From an uncultured Bacteroidota bacterium (lineage in GTDB: Bacteria > Bacteroidota > Bacteroidia > Flavobacteriales > Flavobacteriaceae), in assembly GCA_902619855.1 (NCBI GenBank), contig CACNGE010000004.1, positions 4,032 to 68,031 of the forward strand: 64,000 bases of DNA, given 5' to 3'. The notes below the pieces were generated by a model that was not told the origin of the DNA, did no database searches, and saw only the letters and a list, made by a program, of their open reading frames with translations. The position numbers were made by a program, and so were the translations under genes. Positions 22,577-31,390 of this stretch are shown here, piece by piece (the stretch's first letter is position 1; each line of letters starts with the position of its first letter).

Positions 22577-24427
22577 CTAGTGTATGTGATAAACTGAAAG
22601 TTCAAAAAACTGAAACAATACATTATCAAACCGCCATTGAATCGAGCTTAGATTTTCTTTTGAAGGATCATCCAAAAAGGCATTGATGTACTCCCCCCAG
22701 TGCATTTCGTTTATATTGCCAAGCAGCTCATTTTTTAGCATTTCATATGTGGAACTATCGACTGGGGCTCCACAAAGGCGCACGTTAAACTCATTAAAAA
22801 AATCTTCAAAATTGGCAGGATTTCGATAGGTACTCAAATAGTTATGCAAGTTGTACTTTAGGTTCACTCCTTCATCTTCGTAGCTGTAAAGCCAAAGCCC
22901 CCATCGAAACCAATGAGCAGCTTGTTTTCTCGATTTGATCGTTGATGAGTTGATCCAAAACATATCATAAACCGGCTCTTGGTAAAATGCAGGCCACCCA
23001 GAAACATTAGGTGGCGTAAAGAGTTGCATCCCTTGGTCATAGTTGCTCCAATGCAGGTTTTCCCCAAAAAGGTTATAGGCGAGTGTTGTTTGATCGATCT
23101 CTTGCTCCAAAAAAGCAGGGTGATTGGGATTAAATTGTTCATAGTGTAGTTCATTGCCATCCCAGTGTGTACGATAACCAGATGTAATTTCGAGTTCTTT
23201 CAGCATACCCATATTATAATCGAGTGGAGATTTGATTATGCTGTTTGGTATTGCAGCATCGAAAAAGTGTTCGCTGCCAAGCAGCACACGCAAAACAGCG
23301 ACGAGAGAGTGATCATTGTCTTTAAATACTTGTGCTAGAGGTGCTATGATTTGGGATTCAATTTCAGGTGTTAGCACAGGATAAACAAAAAATTGATAGA
23401 GTCGTCGGCACAAGTATATACCTGACTCTTCGGTGTTGAATAACATATCGACAACCTCTTGCAACTCTTGCTGACCATCATCACCCGACTTCCCACTGAT
23501 CGTATGATTGTTGTAAAATGAAGAAAATTCTTTATCGCCTGTATCATGGTTATAGTCTTCAAAAAAGACGTGTGGATCTGTACCTTCACTAAAAACCAAT
23601 TTTTCGTAATCATAAGTCCAGCCCACGAGTGCCCTTGCAATTTCGCGGACATCTTTTTCAGTAAATTTCGCAAAAGGTCTTTTCCCAACAGTAAACAACT
23701 CTTGGACTTCACGTGCATAATTTTCATCAGGTGTATCCTTTTGGCTCAAGGCGAGGTTGAGAAAATCTAGCATTGAGGGATCGAGGGTAATATCGTATAT
23801 AAAATCTTTGTAACTCCTAAAACAGGACTCAAATAGAAGTTTGATATATAAAAATGCAGCCTTATGTCCCAACTCAAAAGAGCGAGTAGGTACCAAATTG
23901 TGCAAAAAAACAAAAAGCTTCCAATGGATTGAAGTGTCTTGGTTGTAGATGCGTTGATTGATCCATGAGATCATTGCAGTGTATCGTTCATGTCCAAATT
24001 GCTCCAACTCTTCCGAATCATTGTCAGCGTATGCTCGATTGATGAATGGCTGACCCGGAAATACATCATCGGAGGAATATAAGTCTTTATAATCTGAGGC
24101 TGATAGCTGATGATAATAATTGTTTACAGGTTCATCAAAGAGCTCGGGTGTCAAAATGAGGTTAAGAGACTGTTGCAAATCTAAGTTTTCTACATCATCC
24201 AAATGCCTTTTGCACAAACCCACCATGGTTCTGTTGAGCAAGTGTTTTCGTTGCTCAAACCCAAAACTACCTGAGTAGGGCGCTAGACTATAGTTGACAA
24301 CAGCTTGTATGCTTGCTTTTTTGACCCTTACAATTTCATCAACATTCAACTTTTTTTGACTGTAAAAGTCAGCAACCAAATCAATGGGTGGATCGCTATT
24401 TATTTTTTTCTTTTTATTCATTTTCAA
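22577..24427 (-). CDS. DUF1800 family protein
   Basis: 616 aa lying 3 nt upstream of the DUF1501 gene, the classic DUF1800/DUF1501 gene pair. No hydrophobic N-terminal signal (MKMNKKKKINSDPPIDLVADFYSQKK...). Confidence 0.65.
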   Translation of the reverse strand: MKMNKKKKINSDPPIDLVADFYSQKKLNVDEIVRVKKASIQAVVNYSLAPYSGSFGFEQRKHLLNRTMVGLCKRHLDDVENLDLQQSLNLILTPELFDEPVNNYYHQLSASDYKDLYSSDDVFPGQPFINRAYADNDSEELEQFGHERYTAMISWINQRIYNQDTSIHWKLFVFLHNLVPTRSFELGHKAAFLYIKLLFESCFRSYKDFIYDITLDPSMLDFLNLALSQKDTPDENYAREVQELFTVGKRPFAKFTEKDVREIARALVGWTYDYEKLVFSEGTDPHVFFEDYNHDTGDKEFSSFYNNHTISGKSGDDGQQELQEVVDMLFNTEESGIYLCRRLYQFFVYPVLTPEIESQIIAPLAQVFKDNDHSLVAVLRVLLGSEHFFDAAIPNSIIKSPLDYNMGMLKELEITSGYRTHWDGNELHYEQFNPNHPAFLEQEIDQTTLAYNLFGENLHWSNYDQGMQLFTPPNVSGWPAFYQEPVYDMFWINSSTIKSRKQAAHWFRWGLWLYSYEDEGVNLKYNLHNYLSTYRNPANFEDFFNEFNVRLCGAPVDSSTYEMLKNELLGNINEMHWGEYINAFLDDPSKENLSSIQWRFDNVLFQFFELSVYHIH

Positions 24428-24476
24428 TTACTAAATTAATCTTTTTTGTGTAACATGATTATAGTAACTTGCGTCT

Positions 24477-26678
24477 GTGTTTTATAGATTCTTGTTTTTC
24501 TTTTTTTGTTTCTGTTTTGTGCAAGCGCAAGATGTTTTCTCAGGTACTGTTTTTGGGGATGACAAAAGCAACCCACTGCCAGGAGCGAATGTGTATTGGC
24601 TTGCAACAAATAAAGGAACTGTTACTGATATCGATGGCAAATTTTCGATGCAAAAACTGCCTTCCGATTCTCAATTGGTGATCTCTTATGTGGGTTTTAC
24701 ATCCGATACCCTCAGCATTCAAAACTCAAAAACATTCATCCATATTTTAAAGCGTAAAGATGGCGCAAACCTAGACGAAGTCGTTGTTTCTGAACGAAAA
24801 AAAACAAGTCAACTGTCTTTTCTGTCTGCACAAAGCGTTTTGAATGTCAGTAGCGATGAACTCCTAAAAGCTGCCTGTTGCAACCTTTCTGAAAGTTTTG
24901 AAACCAACCCAGCCATTGATGTCAATTTTGATAATGCACTCACAGGCGTTAAGCAAGTGAAAATGATGGGTTTACCCAGCCCTTATTTACTTTTTACAGA
25001 AGAAAACATACCCACGATCAGAGGAGCATCTCAGGTGTATGGTTTGAGCTTTATCCCTGGTACATGGATCGAAAGCCTACAAATCACCAAAGGTGCTGGA
25101 AGTGTGATAAATGGCTATGAAAGCATGACTGGTCAAATCAATTCTGAACTAAAAAAACCTTTGACAAGTGAGCGATTGTTCCTCAATCTATTTCGTTCTT
25201 TTGAGGGGGGAAATGAGTTGAATGTTCATACGAAAGCGAATTTGTCGAACAAATGGTCTGCAAATTTATTCGTGCATTACAATGAACGCACAGAGAGGAT
25301 AGATAAAAATGATGATAAGTTTTTGGATATGCCTCTTTCCGATCAAGTGAATATCCTCACTCGCTTTCAATACCTAGATGCAGAAAAGGGTTGGGTGTCT
25401 TTCTTTAATGTCAGAATGCTTCACGACAATAAGCTTTTTGGGCAAACAAATTTTATTCCAAAAACGCATAAAAACACAACAGCAGTGTGGGGGAGTGAGA
25501 TGCTGACAAAACGCTATGAAACTTCGCTCAAACTTGGCTATGTTTTCCCTGAATTGCCCTATCAAAGTTTTGGTTTTCAGCTGGCTTTCAGCGACCACGA
25601 TCAGCAGTCATATTATGGTTTGCGTGCATACGATATTCGCCACAAAAGTATGTTTTCAAATATGGTATTTAGCTCCATTCTAAGCAACACCCTTCATAAA
25701 TTTAAGACAGGACTACAGTTCGCATATGATCAGTATGATGAAACAGTAGAAGTACAATCAACCAATAGAATTGATCGTTCTGTGGGTGCTTTTTTTGAGT
25801 ACAGTTATGACAGCCTCGAGCGACTTCGCATGGTGTTGGGCCTTCGCTTTGATCATCACAATCATATTGGAAGTTTTGTTACCCCTCGAGCGCATTTGCG
25901 ATATGCGTTTACAGACACCTCTAGTTTACGATTTTCGATGGGTAGTGGACGTCGGGTAGCGACTGTATTTGCTGAAAATCAAAAACTGTTTGGCTCTGGT
26001 AGAATGATACTTATCCCTGCGCTTCAAAGCCATCATTATGGGTTACTGCCAGAGCGTGCGTGGAACTATGGTGTCAGTTATTTGAAAGGCTTTCAAATCG
26101 GTTCGATTCCGCTGAATTTTAATCTAGATATATTTCGAACATCGTTTGTCAACCAGGTGGTTGTCGATTGGGAAACACTAGGGCAAGTATCATTTTATAA
26201 CCTTGAAGGCGATAGCAATGCAAACAGCTTACAGCTCGGGTTGGATGCACGTTTGTTTAGACTGTTAGATGCTCGTTTTTCCTATAAATTTTATGATGTT
26301 CAGGTCGATTATGTCGCTGCTAAAAAGCAAAAGCCTTTACAGCCAAAACAACGATATTTTTTAAATCTTGGGTATGTAGGGGATCAGTGGAGAGCAGATG
26401 CAACCTATCACTATACAGGTCCACAGCGCATCCCTGCAACCATCCAACATCCGAGTGGCTTTGAGAGTAATGCTTTTGGATTGATGAATGCACAGATTAC
26501 CTATATCCTAAAGCCTAATTTTGAAATCTATATGGGTGGTGAAAACCTCACGAATTACAAACAAGCACAACCCATTTTATCTGCTGATCAGCCCTTTTCT
26601 TCGTCTTTTGATTCGAGCTTGGTGTACGCTCCTGTTTTTGGAAGGATGATGTATCTGGGGTTGCGATATAATTTATAA
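24477..26678 (+). CDS. TonB-dependent receptor with an N-terminal CarboxypepD_reg-like domain
   Basis: 733 aa with a GTG start, a signal peptide ending VQAQ and the GTV.D....PLPGANV carboxypeptidase-regulatory fold. The plug region includes ITKGAGSVINGYESMTGQIN, and the barrel ends YLGLRYNL. Confidence 0.85.
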   Translation: MFYRFLFFFFCFCFVQAQDVFSGTVFGDDKSNPLPGANVYWLATNKGTVTDIDGKFSMQKLPSDSQLVISYVGFTSDTLSIQNSKTFIHILKRKDGANLDEVVVSERKKTSQLSFLSAQSVLNVSSDELLKAACCNLSESFETNPAIDVNFDNALTGVKQVKMMGLPSPYLLFTEENIPTIRGASQVYGLSFIPGTWIESLQITKGAGSVINGYESMTGQINSELKKPLTSERLFLNLFRSFEGGNELNVHTKANLSNKWSANLFVHYNERTERIDKNDDKFLDMPLSDQVNILTRFQYLDAEKGWVSFFNVRMLHDNKLFGQTNFIPKTHKNTTAVWGSEMLTKRYETSLKLGYVFPELPYQSFGFQLAFSDHDQQSYYGLRAYDIRHKSMFSNMVFSSILSNTLHKFKTGLQFAYDQYDETVEVQSTNRIDRSVGAFFEYSYDSLERLRMVLGLRFDHHNHIGSFVTPRAHLRYAFTDTSSLRFSMGSGRRVATVFAENQKLFGSGRMILIPALQSHHYGLLPERAWNYGVSYLKGFQIGSIPLNFNLDIFRTSFVNQVVVDWETLGQVSFYNLEGDSNANSLQLGLDARLFRLLDARFSYKFYDVQVDYVAAKKQKPLQPKQRYFLNLGYVGDQWRADATYHYTGPQRIPATIQHPSGFESNAFGLMNAQITYILKPNFEIYMGGENLTNYKQAQPILSADQPFSSSFDSSLVYAPVFGRMMYLGLRYNL

Positions 26679-26687
26679 ATTTGAATA

Positions 26688-27065
26688 ATGAAGAAATCAT
26701 TATTTATTGTGTTATTTATGAGCTTTTCTTTGCTTTCTTTTGCACAAGAGAGTTCATCAAAAAACGAAAAGAAAAGCATTGAAGTTCTTGGCAACTGTGA
26801 CATGTGCAAAAAGCGAATTGAAAAAGCTGCTTTTTCAGTGAAAGGGGTAAAATATGCCTCTTGGGATAATTCCTCTGGACAGCTTCGTTTGATTTACAAT
26901 GGATTAAAAACAGACATAGATACAATCGAAAAGCAAATCGTTGCTGTAGGGCATGACACTAAAAACCACGTTTCCAGCGATAAGGCTTATGATCAGCTGC
27001 CTGCTTGTTGTCAGTATGTTCGGAAAGGGCAAGAACCCAAACCTGGTCAAATGACCAAACACTAG
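26688..27065 (+). CDS. Secreted heavy-metal-associated (HMA) domain protein
   Basis: 125 aa with a signal peptide. GNCDMCKKRIEKA is a CxxC metal-binding loop on an HMA ferredoxin-like fold, and there is a C-terminal ACCQY. It lies 9 nt downstream of the TonB-dependent receptor. Confidence 0.7.
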   Translation: MKKSLFIVLFMSFSLLSFAQESSSKNEKKSIEVLGNCDMCKKRIEKAAFSVKGVKYASWDNSSGQLRLIYNGLKTDIDTIEKQIVAVGHDTKNHVSSDKAYDQLPACCQYVRKGQEPKPGQMTKH

Positions 27066-27305
27066 CTATTCGACGCAATAGTTATCCCCTTCTTCGAAGC
27101 TCGAAAATATTTCTTCATTTACTTCTATGTCATCTACCAATTCTCCGTCAAAATCAGCTTGATTTGTTCCACCACCGCTATCAAATCTGATAACTAGCAA
27201 GAATCGATTGTCATCAATAACTTTATCGATTATTTCGCCGCATTTGTCATCAATGTTACAACCAAAAAGGGGACTCATGATAATTAAAAAAATAAACTTC
27301 CTCAT
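27066..27305 (-). CDS. Small acidic lipoprotein, hypothetical
   Basis: I chose ATG at 27305, giving MRKFIFLIIMSPLFGC (lipobox LFGC). The ORF-track TTG start is at 27323. The mature part is very Asp/Glu-rich. Confidence 0.45.
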   Translation of the reverse strand: MRKFIFLIIMSPLFGCNIDDKCGEIIDKVIDDNRFLLVIRFDSGGGTNQADFDGELVDDIEVNEEIFSSFEEGDNYCVE

Positions 27306-27315
27306 TATACTTTCA

Positions 27316-28068
27316 TTATTCAAATAGGTTGATTATTAGTGCAACTCGAGACAAGAGATCGTTCTTTTTGTTTTGTGAATATGGGGTTGAATTATACCTG
27401 TTTTGTGCGCCAATGGATAAGGCAAATTTGTCTTGTTTAAAATTGATTTTTGGCTCAACAAAAAATCGGATATCGTTTGCATCTTTTGTGTTGACTTGGA
27501 AGTAGGTTACACAATTGAAATACAATTTTTCAAGCAGTTTGACACGCAAAAACATATTCATATTGAATCGATATTTATGTGTTTGAAGATCAGGGTATTC
27601 TTCATCTTCATAAAACAAACCAGCTGCAAGATCGATGTACTGGCGATCGTTGTTGAACAGCGAATGACGATAGCCACCTCCGACAAGTTGACGATGGTTC
27701 ATCTGTAACACCTTGATATTTTGTGTCTGAATAAAGCCATAGATCGAGTTTTTATCGCTGACAAAATGGTTTAGGCGAAGCTGTGCACTCCAGTCATTTG
27801 CAACAATTTCCCCTTCATCATCTTCGTAGTCATGCCCCACGATGAGTCGCCACAGTTGACGCCCTTGTTTCGTTCCCATTAATATTTGATTAAAAGAAGC
27901 AAACGTATTTTCGTTGCCTGATTCCCAGTCTAAAGAGAGATTGATTTGTGTTTTGAGTTTATTAGTGGAGTGATTCAATAACGATTCTGAATTTAAAATC
28001 GTTTGTGTATGCGCAATGCCAGAAATGAAGAACGCAAAGAGCAGAAGAAATTTCATAGTTTTTTTCAA
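27316..28068 (-). CDS. Putative outer-membrane beta-barrel protein (DUF481-like)
   Basis: 250 aa with a signal peptide (FFISGIAHTQT) and alternating amphipathic beta-strand pattern. The DUF481 assignment is from resemblance only. Confidence 0.45.
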   Translation of the reverse strand: MKKTMKFLLLFAFFISGIAHTQTILNSESLLNHSTNKLKTQINLSLDWESGNENTFASFNQILMGTKQGRQLWRLIVGHDYEDDEGEIVANDWSAQLRLNHFVSDKNSIYGFIQTQNIKVLQMNHRQLVGGGYRHSLFNNDRQYIDLAAGLFYEDEEYPDLQTHKYRFNMNMFLRVKLLEKLYFNCVTYFQVNTKDANDIRFFVEPKINFKQDKFALSIGAQNRYNSTPYSQNKKNDLLSRVALIINLFE

Positions 28069-28140
28069 AAATAGGTGTTTCTGCTAGAAGATAAAATGCA
28101 ATTGGCGTAAGAATTGTATCTTTAAAAAAAAACTACTGTT

Positions 28141-28854
28141 ATGAAATATATTTTACTCTTAATCACCCCTTTACTATGTTTTTCCCAAACTGTTTGGAAT
28201 GGATCACAGATTACTATTTCAAAGCCCAACAATGCAGATTATACGACTGCGGATAACCAAGATCGAATTACAGATGATGTTTGGTTGACTCGCACCAATA
28301 GTGGTGGTGCTTTGATCAATTATAATCAAGAAAGCTCATATGTTCCTGGAACGAGCCCAGTAGGTACACTTTGGGCATTGGGAAGTACATCTGACACCAA
28401 TCTGTCATTTGATGATTTTCAGGGTTTTGATGGCACTTCTGGTGGTCCCCGCTCTGGGTCAAATAGACCTCCAACGAACACTGCTCTTGTATTGAAAATT
28501 ACAAATGGGACAACTTCTGAGTCTGATGATATTCATATCGACATTATGTTCACTTACTGGGCAAGTTCAAAAAGCGGAGGTTTCACATACACACGATCAA
28601 CAAATCCCAACTTGAGTATTAAAGGAGTACAATCTAAAGATATATTTGTATATCCCAATCCCACCTCGGGAGTTGTGCAAGCCAATCAAGACATTATCTC
28701 GAAAATTCATGTGTATGACCTAACTGGAAAAGAGTTGATGAAAACCAATGCTTCAAGTGTTGATTTAGGTTTTGTCAACAATGGGATGTACCTCATTCGA
28801 CTGTATCGCAAAGACAATAAAGAATGGGTGACAAGGCGTGTGGTGAAACAGTAA
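28141..28854 (+). CDS. T9SS C-terminal sorting-domain protein of unknown function
   Basis: 237 aa with a signal peptide. The C-terminal 70 aa (VYPNPTSGVVQAN...IHVYDLTGKEL...NGMYLIRLYRKDNKEWVTRRVVKQ) is a type A T9SS sorting domain. Confidence 0.7.
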   Translation: MKYILLLITPLLCFSQTVWNGSQITISKPNNADYTTADNQDRITDDVWLTRTNSGGALINYNQESSYVPGTSPVGTLWALGSTSDTNLSFDDFQGFDGTSGGPRSGSNRPPTNTALVLKITNGTTSESDDIHIDIMFTYWASSKSGGFTYTRSTNPNLSIKGVQSKDIFVYPNPTSGVVQANQDIISKIHVYDLTGKELMKTNASSVDLGFVNNGMYLIRLYRKDNKEWVTRRVVKQ

Positions 28855-28862
28855 TTTTTTAA

Positions 28863-30233
28863 TTACTTCCCAATACAAAAATTAGCAAATATATTCCCCA
28901 GGAGTTCATCGGATGAAATCGATCCTGTAAGCATACCCAAATGATGCAGTGCAGTTCGCAAATCAACTGCCAACAAATCACCACTCAAACCACTTGACAA
29001 GCCCTCTCGAACAGTCAAAATCGCTGTGAGGGTTTGTTGAAGTTCATTGTGATGACGACTGTTGCTCACAATCGTATCGTAGTTGGTGTGATTCACAAGC
29101 TGTACCAGATGTTTTTTCAACTTGTCCAAGCCAGCACCTGTTTTAGCTGAAATAACAATTGAATCTATATTTCCCAGCCATGTGCTCTGGTTGTTGAGTT
29201 GGTTTGTATCGTGAAGGTCTGCCTTGTTAAACAACACCAAAGGGCTTTGATGCTGTAGTGCTTTGACTTCTGTTTTGATATTTTCAGTTGTCATTGTTTC
29301 AGGATCCACTACATATAGAAGGAATTGCGCGTCTGAAATTTTAGTTTTGGCCTTTTTAACGCCTATGGCTTCGATGGTATCTTCAGTCTCTCGAAGGCCA
29401 GCAGTATCGATAAATCTAAACTGTATCCCATCAATCGTGACAGTATCTTCTATGCTATCACGTGTGGTACCTGCAATTTCAGAAACGATGGCTTTTTCCT
29501 CTTGCGCAAGTGCGTTGAGCAAAGACGATTTTCCAGAATTTGGCTTTCCTGCAATGGCAACAGGAACGCCTTGTTTCATGGCATTCCCAACAGTAAAAGA
29601 ATCAACAAGTGATTTGATAGTGTTTTGGGCTTCTTGCAATAGTTTATCCAATGCATTTCGATCTGCAAAATCAACATCCTCTTCGCTAAAATCAAGCTCA
29701 AGTTCTACCAACGATGCAAAGTCAATCAGTTGTTGTCTCAGTTGTTCCAACTGATTGCTGATTCCCCCACGAAGTTGCTGTATGGCAACTCTGTGTGCAG
29801 CTTCTCCTTCACTGGCAATGAGGTCTGCAACTGCTTCTGCTTGGGTGAGATCCATTTTTCCATTCATAAAAGCGCGAAGGGTAAATTCGCCAGGCGCTGC
29901 CATTTGTGCTCCTTCTTTTTGCAGCAATTGGATTAGTTGCTGTTGAATATAGATTGAACCATGGCACGAAATCTCTACAACATCTTCGCCAGTGTATGAA
30001 TTTGGCCCTTTGAACAAACTTACAAGTACCTCATCAAGCGTGCTATCGTTTTGCACAACATGACCCAGATGAATGGTATGCGATTTTTGCTTTGCAAGGG
30101 TTTTGCCATGCAATGATCGAAAAACACGATCAGCGATACTGATGGCTTTATCACCCGACAGACGAACAATGGCAATGGCACTTGTGCCTGGTGCAGTAGC
30201 CGATGCGACTATGGTTTTCTCTTCATTTTGCAT
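28863..30233 (-). CDS. mnmE: tRNA uridine-5-carboxymethylaminomethyl modification GTPase MnmE
   Basis: 456 aa with the GKPNSGKSSLLNAL P-loop, DTAGLR and a C-terminal CIGK. Confidence 0.93.
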   Translation of the reverse strand: MQNEEKTIVASATAPGTSAIAIVRLSGDKAISIADRVFRSLHGKTLAKQKSHTIHLGHVVQNDSTLDEVLVSLFKGPNSYTGEDVVEISCHGSIYIQQQLIQLLQKEGAQMAAPGEFTLRAFMNGKMDLTQAEAVADLIASEGEAAHRVAIQQLRGGISNQLEQLRQQLIDFASLVELELDFSEEDVDFADRNALDKLLQEAQNTIKSLVDSFTVGNAMKQGVPVAIAGKPNSGKSSLLNALAQEEKAIVSEIAGTTRDSIEDTVTIDGIQFRFIDTAGLRETEDTIEAIGVKKAKTKISDAQFLLYVVDPETMTTENIKTEVKALQHQSPLVLFNKADLHDTNQLNNQSTWLGNIDSIVISAKTGAGLDKLKKHLVQLVNHTNYDTIVSNSRHHNELQQTLTAILTVREGLSSGLSGDLLAVDLRTALHHLGMLTGSISSDELLGNIFANFCIGK

Positions 30234-30256
30234 GTGGCAAAAGTAAAAAACAAAAA

Positions 30257-31390
30257 CTAGCTTATGTCTTTTTTGTAAGTACGACGACGCTTGTGTAGTT
30301 CATGCTCATAGTTTTTCCACATGAGCTGAATCGAATTGTTTTCCTCTAGTTCGGGATTTGTTTCAACATCTGTAATGCCTTGTGTGTTAAACATTTTTTG
30401 GATGGCGTCAAACAAAATTGCTGTCACACCTTTGTTTTGATAGGCTGGATCGATGCCGATCAAATAAAACGAAGCTCTATTGTTTTTTCGAAGTGCACGC
30501 ATAATGTGAAAAAATCCAAAGGGGTAGAGCGAGCCATTCACTTTTTTTAGGGCTTCTGAAAAGGAGGGCATGGTGATGGCAAAGGCAATAAGATTGCCAG
30601 ATTTGTCTGCCACGCACTTGATAAATTTGGGATGGACGTACGAAAAATATTTTTCTTTATAATGCGCAATTTGATAGGGTTGTATAGGTACAAAAGACTG
30701 TAGGTTGTTATAGGTTTTGTTTAGTAGGTCAAACATCTTATCGACGTAGGGCACCAACTCTTTTCGAGTCGAAAATTCAAGCGCACTCAGTTCGTATCGT
30801 TTTGAAATGAGTTCAGCATATTTCTTGACCTTTTCAGGGGCATCCTCGGCCTTGAATATTTTAATTTGAAACTCGACCCATTCTGCTTGTTTGACAAGTC
30901 CCAGATCTTCAAGGTGTTTCTTTTGATAGGGGTAATGATACCATGTGATCATAGTGTTTTTGTATTCATAGCCTTGCACCAAAACCCCTGCTTTGTCCAT
31001 ATTGGAAAAGCCCATTGGCCCTTCTAGATATGTTAACCCATTTTGCTTTCCCCACGAATGAACAGCATCGATGAGTTTACGACTTACATCAAGATCGTCT
31101 ATGGTATCATACCACCCAAAACGCACCTTAGTTTTGGCTTGTTCTTTGACCTCAATCCAGTTGATCAAAGCAGCAATGCGACCAACAATTTGCTTTCCAT
31201 TTTTGACGACAAAAAGCTTGGCATCGGCATTTATAAACACAGGATTTTTTGAACGATTAAAGATTGCTTTTTCTTCACTGGTGATGGGCGGCACCCATTG
31301 ATCACAACCTTTATAAAGTGTAAAGGGAAATGTAAAAAAAGCATGGTATTCTTTTTTTGTCTTGACTTCATGTAGGCTGTACTCCTTCAT
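30257..31390 (-). CDS. GNAT-family acyltransferase-like protein (conserved hypothetical)
   Basis: 377 aa. The C-terminal third contains an acetyl-CoA-binding-like motif (IGIDPAYQNKGVTAILF; Q/RxxGxA-type). Its start overlaps the upstream stop by 1 nt (TAATG). Confidence 0.45.
   Translation of the reverse strand: MKEYSLHEVKTKKEYHAFFTFPFTLYKGCDQWVPPITSEEKAIFNRSKNPVFINADAKLFVVKNGKQIVGRIAALINWIEVKEQAKTKVRFGWYDTIDDLDVSRKLIDAVHSWGKQNGLTYLEGPMGFSNMDKAGVLVQGYEYKNTMITWYHYPYQKKHLEDLGLVKQAEWVEFQIKIFKAEDAPEKVKKYAELISKRYELSALEFSTRKELVPYVDKMFDLLNKTYNNLQSFVPIQPYQIAHYKEKYFSYVHPKFIKCVADKSGNLIAFAITMPSFSEALKKVNGSLYPFGFFHIMRALRKNNRASFYLIGIDPAYQNKGVTAILFDAIQKMFNTQGITDVETNPELEENNSIQLMWKNYEHELHKRRRTYKKDIS

Noticed and set aside
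22342-23770. Several 65-118-aa ORFs nested in or antisense to the DUF1501 and DUF1800 genes.
   Set aside because: They overlap long, well-supported ORFs, and their composition is unremarkable or biased.
28851-28866. GTAATT-tttt-AATTAC palindrome containing both convergent stop codons (T9SS cargo gene and mnmE).
   Set aside because: The stem is only 6 bp and almost entirely A/T, too weak to call a bidirectional terminator with any confidence.
29263-29946. 163-aa and two ~65-aa ORFs antisense to mnmE.
   Set aside because: These are shadow ORFs within a strongly supported gene, with low-complexity Ser/Ala-rich translation.
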